Shown one piece after another: positions 57,613 through 64,000 of a stretch of DNA of 64,000 bases; within the stretch, counting starts at the first letter, position 1; each line of letters starts with the position of its first letter. A program made the translations under genes and the position numbers. Origin of the DNA: a virus; IMG/VR virus record IMGVR_UViG_3300025849_000016, positions 1 to 64,000 of that record. One strand, given 5' to 3'. The notes below the pieces were generated by a model, which was not told where the DNA came from, searched no databases, and saw nothing but the letters and a program-made list of their open reading frames with translations.

Positions 57613-58571
57613 TATCTATCTTTCAATACCCATCCGTTTAAAGAACTATGATAAAGTAACCCCAAACTAGCACGGGTAATATCAATAATTAAATTTTCAC
57701 TGTCGCCTTGAATAGGTGAAGACGACGATACAGTACATGGATTTGATGCAAAAGTTCCTTTGATATCAACTATTCTTACTTCGTCACCTTTAGACGGTCC
57801 AGAAGGTAGTGTAATAGTTATCGGACCATCTGTTGAATCTACAAATATTAAATCATAAGCTGATGCTGAATATGGTGATGTTGCCGAATCAACATCTACC
57901 GGGTTTAATGCATCAGCTGCCTGACTGCTTGCTGATATAAATTCTAATGCTGTCCCAGTTGAATTTACTCTTACTATATTATTTTCTTGACCAGTAAAGC
58001 TATTAGGAGTATCAGACATACCTAAAAACGTAGTAATACCTGCTTGGACATCGCCATTAAAGTTTTCAATTACGTTACCACCGTTAGATTGTACCCAAAC
58101 TGCTTCTTCAGAAAACCATACTGCTAGTATACCTAATTCACTATCGTACCATAAATCTCCTGCTGTAGGATTTGATGGAGCAGATGTACTAACTGTTACA
58201 CTAGCTCCGCCGCCACCTGCACCGCCACTACTAGAAATTGTAAGTATATTTCCTGTAATAGAAGTTGATACTCCGCCAGCGCCTTGAATACCTAATGTAG
58301 TATTGCCTGCTGAAGCTGTCCCCGTACCTGTATCAGCTTGTATTGCATTAAATGCAATTGTACTTGATGAACTTGGAACAAAATTTGCTCCGTTGTATGC
58401 TAAAATTTGTCCTGCTTGTGCGCCTGACAGATTAAGTTGTAGAGAATTTCCATTTCCTAATGCATTATACAGTTCTGTAAAATTATTATTTACTTTTCCG
58501 GCGCCGTCTCTTAAACTATCACCAGTACCGTCATTTGCGCCTGCACCTGTGTTAATTATTTGCTTTGTCAT
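57612..58571 (-). CDS. Baseplate wedge / fibre connector (T4 gp9/gp10-like N-terminus)
   Basis: KQIINTG..ANDGTGDSLRDGAGKVNNNFTELY; C-terminal FVDS..GPITITLP..PS.GD.V.IVD..GTF..NP domain. Confidence 0.8.
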   Translation of the reverse strand: MTKQIINTGAGANDGTGDSLRDGAGKVNNNFTELYNALGNGNSLQLNLSGAQAGQILAYNGANFVPSSSSTIAFNAIQADTGTGTASAGNTTLGIQGAGGVSTSITGNILTISSSGGAGGGGASVTVSTSAPSNPTAGDLWYDSELGILAVWFSEEAVWVQSNGGNVIENFNGDVQAGITTFLGMSDTPNSFTGQENNIVRVNSTGTALEFISASSQAADALNPVDVDSATSPYSASAYDLIFVDSTDGPITITLPSGPSKGDEVRIVDIKGTFASNPCTVSSSSPIQGDSENLIIDITRASLGLLYHSSLNGWVLKDR

Positions 58572-59077
58572 TCTGTCGGTTCCTTATTATCAAAATTGAT
58601 ATCATTATTGTCAAATGTTACTGTATTATTATCAAATGTTGGGAATACTCCAAAACGTCTATAATCTTTTTGTATTGGATTAATTGGCACATTTGGTACT
58701 AAGACATCACCTTCGTCAATTCCTTGATTGACTCTTAAAGTTAATTCTCCATTATCATCTACATAGTAAGAATAATTCCCATCATCCCATTTATACTGTT
58801 GATATATTAAACTAGGATATCTTTCAGCATGATTTTCGTCGTTACCTTCAAAAAAATCAATACCTGGTATAAAATAAGGAAAGTCATCTAAAGGATTATC
58901 TCCTATTTCATTAACTAAAACACCGTCATTGCTATCAAATGCATCTACCTTGCATAATACAAGCTCTTCGCCGTCTGATCTCATGCCGTAAAAAAATCTT
59001 TGGCTTCGTGTTTGCTTTGCTACCGTCCTAGGTGTATTGCCTATGTAATATACCGAGTCTAACTTTTTTACTGTCAT
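58568..59077 (-). CDS. Hypothetical virion-associated protein (paralogue of 45616-45981)
   Basis: RFFYGMR, GIDFFEGND, YQQYKWDD, GEL.LRVNQG; C-terminal TFDNNTVTFDNNDINFD. Confidence 0.65.
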   Translation of the reverse strand: MTVKKLDSVYYIGNTPRTVAKQTRSQRFFYGMRSDGEELVLCKVDAFDSNDGVLVNEIGDNPLDDFPYFIPGIDFFEGNDENHAERYPSLIYQQYKWDDGNYSYYVDDNGELTLRVNQGIDEGDVLVPNVPINPIQKDYRRFGVFPTFDNNTVTFDNNDINFDNKEPTE

Positions 59078-59406
59078 TAGAGGATTTCCACATAACTCAC
59101 TATTGCATCAACACTTGCTGCTAGATTACTTTTAATCTTTAACTGATTGTCGTTACCTAATATAAGTTTTTCACCACCTGCAATTAGTCTTAAACTACTA
59201 TTTGGTGGTAACATTACTTCTTTTACATAATAACCTTCGATATCTAGTTCATTAGTAACAGTAACATCAATAAACAAGTTGCTTTCTGACACATTTGCTA
59301 AACTGATACCTACAATTGTCATTTTACTATTATTTGTATTATCCACTAGTGTTACTGGTGTTGGACCAATATCTTTTGCTATACTATTTCTAAAATAATT
59401 TGCCAT
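59077..59406 (-). CDS. Small beta-sandwich virion protein
   Basis: MANYFRN, TIVGISLAN, LPPNSSLRLIAGGEKLIL, SVDAIVSYVEI; follows a fibre gene. Confidence 0.65.
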   Translation of the reverse strand: MANYFRNSIAKDIGPTPVTLVDNTNNSKMTIVGISLANVSESNLFIDVTVTNELDIEGYYVKEVMLPPNSSLRLIAGGEKLILGNDNQLKIKSNLAASVDAIVSYVEIL

Positions 59407-59410
59407 TTCT

Positions 59411-62400
59411 TTATCCCATTATAAGTGCTGCTGTAAAACTTAGATCTTCAGCTTCTGAAGTTGAAATACCAGAACTTTCTCCTGGTGATACTGGTAGCCA
59501 TTTTCCTTGAATTGAATCCCAACGCAGATAATCTCCATTTGATACTCCGGTAGTATCTATGTCTCCAATTTGATCTAATATAATATCAATACTAGCACCA
59601 TCAACTGTGCCAGGCTCCCAAGCAAGTGTAAAATTGTTCCAAACTAACGCTTGGCCGCTTGTTGCACCTGCTTGATCTAATTTTGATGTATTTAGAACAC
59701 TATTTACACCATCAACTAGTAATGTCGAGTCATCACCAAATATACTACCTGTAACATCACCGTCAAACCCGCCGCCAGTTGCACTAATATAACCTGCATC
59801 ATTTGTAAAATGACTTACATTTGTAGGAGCACCGTTTAGATCTGCATAGTTACCTGTTAACCCAACTTGTGCAATACTCGGAGTACCTGATATATTACTA
59901 TATGTTATTTGCTTAAATGTAACATCACCGCTACCATCAGTGCCTAAAAACTCTCCGTTATTACCGTCTGCTGTAGGCAATGTGTATGCATTATTAATAC
60001 GTATTGCCCCATTATTTCCTTGAATTTTAAAACGCTCTTGTAATATATTAGTTACATTGTTATTTGCTGACCCTTGTGATCCTGTTTTAAATACAATACT
60101 ACCAGATGCTGCTGTACCAGTTGAAGATCCAGCAACTATTTCTATAGTACTACCTGATATATTTGTTCCTACACCGTTAGATGATGCTATAGTTTTTGTA
60201 GATCCGCCTATACTATCTGTTGCGGCTCTACCAAGTGTAATATCACTTTCTACAAAGAAATCATTGTTGTTTTCTAATCTAAAAAAGTCTGACCCTATTT
60301 CTAATTGAGGAACGTTTGCACTATTACTATATTTTAAAGCAACGCCTTGAGTATAAATTTCATTTTGTACAGTTATACTATTATTAACAACTAATGCACT
60401 TGATGTAGTATTACCTCTACCAGTTACTGTTCCAAGAGTATCTGCTTCAGATGTAAGGTAATTACTAGTATTATTAAAACTAATAACTCCTGTACCTTGA
60501 TCAAAACTAATATCTCCAGTGCCACTAATATCAGTAAGTGCTAAAAATGATAAATCATTATTTAGATCACTTAGATTAACAGGGAAACTTGAATAAGTTG
60601 ATCCATCATTTGTGTACTGCCATCTATCTAAACTTTCATTCCAACGCAACGAAACAGTACTATTACTTCCTCTTAATACTTCGATACCTGCATTTTCTGT
60701 AGGTGTGCCTGAATTAAAATCACTATTTAGTGTTATAATGTTGTCAGCAAGATTGATTGTAGTACTATTAATAGTAGTTGTAGTTCCAGCAACGGTTAAA
60801 TTTCCGTTTACTTGCATATCGTTTACAGCAATACTATTAGTAGTAGTAGATCCTCTACTTGTTACACTTTGTAATGTATCTGTTTCTGTAATACTAGCAC
60901 TTGTAATATATCCGCTAGTATTATTAAAACTAAACTCGCCTGTAGTACTATTATAACTAATATCTCCAGTACCACTAACTAATCCACGTATAGTTGCATC
61001 AGTACGTTCAGTAAATGATATGGTACCTGTAGCAGCATCGTAACTTAAATCACCGCTTGCACTTAATAATCCACGTACTTGTGAGTCTGTTCTTTGAGTA
61101 AATGACATAATACCAGTAGCATTGTCATAACTTAGATCGCCACTTGCACTGATTAATCCACGTATAGTTGCATCAGTACGTTCAGTAAATGACATAATAC
61201 CAGTAGCATTGTCATAACTTAGATCGCCATCTGCACTAATACCTGTTCGTGTAATAAATCCGGCAGTGTTTGTTAAATCACCTGTATCAACAGCAATAAC
61301 TTGATAATTAGTACCATCGTTAGTAAATTCCCACTCGTCGTTAGTTTCATTCCAACGAATATCAACAGCTGATGACACTCCTCTGTTTATAGATATGCCT
61401 GCATTTTCTGTTGGAGTACCCGTTACGTCACTATTTAATGTTATAATGTTATCTGCAACATCAAGTGTAGCAGTATTAATAGTTGTTGTAGTTCCGCTTA
61501 CTGTTAAATCACCGCTAACTATTAATCCACCTACAGTAAGATTATTAGTTGTAGTTGCACCTCTATCTGTTACGCTATCAAGGGTGTCAGTTTCAGTATA
61601 AGTAGTTATAAATCCGCTATTATTACTAAAGCTAATAACACCTGTCGAATTATCATATCCAATATCACCAGTTCCACTGATTAATCCACGTATAGTTGCA
61701 TCAGTACGTTCAGTAAATGACATAATACCAGTAGCATTGTCATAACTTAGATCGCCACTTGCACTGATTAATCCACGTACTTCTGTATTTGTTCTTTGAG
61801 TAAATGATATAACACCAGTAGCACTGTTATAACTTAGATCACCACTAACACTTAGTGCATTTCTTGCACGACTAGCTAAAAAGTATTGATTACTTCCTGA
61901 CTCTGATATATCACCGGTACTTAAAACAACAGCACCAGTTTGTGTGTTTACACTAGTAACAGGTGCTGATGCTTGTGTAAAGCTAATAACACCTGTAGTA
62001 CTATTATAAGTGATATCGCCTGTTGCACTTATAAGCCCACGTATAGTTGCATCTGTTCTTTCTGTATAACTAAATACACCTGTTGAATTATCATAACTTA
62101 GACTTCCAGAAGCACTAAACAATGCTCTAATATCTGAGTCTGAACTCGACGCTGGAGTATCAGTTAGGTCATTATAACTTCCTGAAGTTGCTACTGTAGC
62201 TAAAGTCGGAGTTCCGGATATAGCTGAATATGCAATTTGTCCAAAAGAGGTACTGCCCGACCCGTCTGTAACAAGTGCTTGGCCAGTTGTACCGTCACTT
62301 GTTGGTAATGCATAAGCAGCGTTAATAGTAATTTTTCCATCAGCGCCGCTTATTTTTAACCTTTCGGATAATGCATTAGTAGCAGTTCCTGATACACCGG

Positions 62401-64000
62401 TACTACCTGTTTTAAAAATAACATTGCCGCCAGCGGCAGTACCTGTAGAACTACCTGCTTCAATATTTAAATTGTTACCTGCAATATTTGTACCTAATGC
62501 ATTTGCTGTTGCTATTTTTTTTGTATCACCGCCTGAAGTATTTTGCTGTGAATTTGCTAACCAAAGATCACCGTCTGAGTATAATTGGTTAATGTAATTT
62601 AATTGCACATATCCGTTAACCATTGATAGGTTAGTTTTGTTAGCACCTGATTCAGTTTGTAGCGCAATACCATTAGTAAATATTTCATTAGTAATTGTTA
62701 GCGCACCTGTCATTGCTACAGTATTGTTAAACGCAACATGGTTATCTGTACTATTACCTCTATCAGTTACTGTTTGTAAAGTGTCAGTTTCTGATGTAAG
62801 AAATCCTGTACCATTATTAAAAGAAATAACACCAGTACTACTATCATAATTAATATTACCGGTTGCACTTATTCCAGATCTAGAAATAAATTCCGAGTCG
62901 TTATTAAATATGCTTATGTTAGCACCTGATAACGCAACACTAGTTCCGCCTACTGTTAACCCACCAAATTCTGCACTATTTGAAGTAGACGAACCACGAC
63001 CAGTTACAGTGTCTAATGTATCAACTTCGGTATAACTAGTTAAATACCCGCTACTGTTATTGAAACTAATTACACCGGTACTATTATTATATGTAATGTC
63101 ACCGGTAGCACTAATGCCGGAGCGTGTAATAAACCCAGTGCCGCTGTTATCAATCGAAATTTCACCAGTACCGCTATTATACGAAATACCAGTACCACCA
63201 CTTAAAGAACTTAAAGATATATAATTTGCATCGTTATTAAGTTCTGACACAGAAGATGCTAATACTTGATAGGTGCTACCGTCATTTGTAAATTCCCATT
63301 TACTATTTGTTTCATTCCATCGTAGTACAACATTTGTTGATGTTCCTCTTTCAACTTCGATACCTGCATTTTCTGAAGGAGTGCCAGTTACGTCACTGTT
63401 AAGTGTCATAATATTATCAGCAATGTTAAGTGTAGCAGTATTAATAGTTGTTGTAGTTCCGCTTACTGTTAGATTACCGGTAACAGTCATATCGCCAACT
63501 TGAATATTATTTGAAGTTGTTGCTCCGCGGCTAGTTACAGTATCTAACGTATCAACTTCTGTGTATTCGGTTATGTAACCGCTTGTGTTACTAAAGCTAA
63601 TAACACCAGTAGTATTATTATATGTAATGTCGCCACTTGCACTAATTAATCCGCGTACTTCTGCATCTGTGCGCTCAGTAAATGATATAACACCAGTACT
63701 ATTATTATATGTTAAGTCACCACTTGCACTTATCAATCCACGCACTTCAGCATCAGTACGTTCAGTAAAACTAAATGCACCTGTTGCATTGTTGTAAGAT
63801 AAATCGCCGGTTGCACTTAAATCTGATAATATAATAAAATTAGTGTCATTAGTAAAATCACTTAAATTGCTAGGAGTCGTATAACTGATTACACCCGTTG
63901 CACTATTATAAGCAAGATCGCCTCCTACACTTATAGAGCCTCTTGCTCTTGCCTGTGTAAAATATTGGTTAGTAGATCCTTCAGATAAATCATCTGTATC
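59411..64000 (-). CDS. Long repetitive tail fibre protein (5' end lies beyond the window)
   Basis: Frame is open from 64000 (DTDDLSEGSTNQYFTQARAR...); repeats G.ISY...TGVISF, ETDTL..VT.RG.TT.N x6, GNLTV.GTTTTIN...DNII.LN...AGI...RG x3; C-terminal AALIMG. Confidence 0.85.
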   Translation of the reverse strand, partial: DTDDLSEGSTNQYFTQARARGSISVGGDLAYNSATGVISYTTPSNLSDFTNDTNFIILSDLSATGDLSYNNATGAFSFTERTDAEVRGLISASGDLTYNNSTGVISFTERTDAEVRGLISASGDITYNNTTGVISFSNTSGYITEYTEVDTLDTVTSRGATTSNNIQVGDMTVTGNLTVSGTTTTINTATLNIADNIMTLNSDVTGTPSENAGIEVERGTSTNVVLRWNETNSKWEFTNDGSTYQVLASSVSELNNDANYISLSSLSGGTGISYNSGTGEISIDNSGTGFITRSGISATGDITYNNSTGVISFNNSSGYLTSYTEVDTLDTVTGRGSSTSNSAEFGGLTVGGTSVALSGANISIFNNDSEFISRSGISATGNINYDSSTGVISFNNGTGFLTSETDTLQTVTDRGNSTDNHVAFNNTVAMTGALTITNEIFTNGIALQTESGANKTNLSMVNGYVQLNYINQLYSDGDLWLANSQQNTSGGDTKKIATANALGTNIAGNNLNIEAGSSTGTAAGGNVIFKTGSTGVSGTATNALSERLKISGADGKITINAAYALPTSDGTTGQALVTDGSGSTSFGQIAYSAISGTPTLATVATSGSYNDLTDTPASSSDSDIRALFSASGSLSYDNSTGVFSYTERTDATIRGLISATGDITYNSTTGVISFTQASAPVTSVNTQTGAVVLSTGDISESGSNQYFLASRARNALSVSGDLSYNSATGVISFTQRTNTEVRGLISASGDLSYDNATGIMSFTERTDATIRGLISGTGDIGYDNSTGVISFSNNSGFITTYTETDTLDSVTDRGATTTNNLTVGGLIVSGDLTVSGTTTTINTATLDVADNIITLNSDVTGTPTENAGISINRGVSSAVDIRWNETNDEWEFTNDGTNYQVIAVDTGDLTNTAGFITRTGISADGDLSYDNATGIMSFTERTDATIRGLISASGDLSYDNATGIMSFTQRTDSQVRGLLSASGDLSYDAATGTISFTERTDATIRGLVSGTGDISYNSTTGEFSFNNTSGYITSASITETDTLQSVTSRGSTTTNSIAVNDMQVNGNLTVAGTTTTINSTTINLADNIITLNSDFNSGTPTENAGIEVLRGSNSTVSLRWNESLDRWQYTNDGSTYSSFPVNLSDLNNDLSFLALTDISGTGDISFDQGTGVISFNNTSNYLTSEADTLGTVTGRGNTTSSALVVNNSITVQNEIYTQGVALKYSNSANVPQLEIGSDFFRLENNNDFFVESDITLGRAATDSIGGSTKTIASSNGVGTNISGSTIEIVAGSSTGTAASGSIVFKTGSQGSANNNVTNILQERFKIQGNNGAIRINNAYTLPTADGNNGEFLGTDGSGDVTFKQITYSNISGTPSIAQVGLTGNYADLNGAPTNVSHFTNDAGYISATGGGFDGDVTGSIFGDDSTLLVDGVNSVLNTSKLDQAGATSGQALVWNNFTLAWEPGTVDGASIDIILDQIGDIDTTGVSNGDYLRWDSIQGKWLPVSPGESSGISTSEAEDLSFTAALIMG
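60980..61830. repeat. 87-bp (29-aa) intragenic repeats including an exact 83-bp duplication
   Basis: 61147-61229 is identical to 61675-61757; adjacent units (from about 60980 and 61097) are near-identical. Confidence 0.9.

Noticed and set aside
60980-61830. CRISPR-like array
   Set aside because: Units are 87-bp in-frame coding repeats without unique spacers; no cas genes
36163-64000. Diversity-generating retroelement suggested by near-identical repeats in fibre genes
   Set aside because: No reverse transcriptase in the window, the repeats are in-frame coding copies, and mismatches are not adenine-specific
1-64000. Stop-codon reassignment, selenocysteine read-through, introns or inteins
   Set aside because: The standard code gives near-complete coding density; TAA, TAG and TGA all end genes at sensible positions; terminase and recombinase are uninterrupted and of normal length
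1-64000. tRNA or other structured RNA genes
   Set aside because: Intergenic gaps are short (about 110 nt or less) and are explained by promoters, RBSs and hairpins; no cloverleaf or T-loop motif was seen by eye

Overview
A dense, AT-rich 64 kb segment of a large T4-related myovirus, probably a jumbo phage. The gene content resembles aquatic T4-like phages, but the host cannot be determined from this window. Left to right: (1) UvsX/RecA and gp32 SSB; (2) a rearranged head/neck/tail block with large terminase, putative small terminase, gp4-like head completion nuclease, a tube-initiator-like protein, gp19 tube, an enlarged gp18 sheath, and gp13 divergent from gp14-gp15; (3) a + strand NUDIX / hldE / hldD / cupin cassette for ADP-heptose synthesis; (4) about 44 kb of minus-strand virion, baseplate and fibre genes, the last one truncated by the window edge. 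Inside the fibre block sits a compact module: three ~245-aa proteins with 23-24 Cys each (Cys-loaded versions of the glycine-rich adhesin domain), two tail-assembly chaperones, a GT9 heptosyltransferase-like enzyme with Arg where the catalytic Asp is expected, and a NodU/CmcH carbamoyltransferase. My best candidate for an undescribed system is late-stage glycosylation (possibly S-heptosylation of Cys) plus carbamoylation of fibre proteins, fed by the phage's own heptose pathway. A second candidate is four virion-protein domains with a complete amicyanin-type copper ligand set (His...Cys-x2-His-x2-Met). A T4-late-like TAAATA promoter (mostly GATAAATA) recurs at least 17 times, often 4-5 nt before an ATG, implying leaderless mRNAs. 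No tRNA, rRNA, CRISPR array, integrase or reverse transcriptase was seen. All assignments come from motif recognition by eye; no searches were run.
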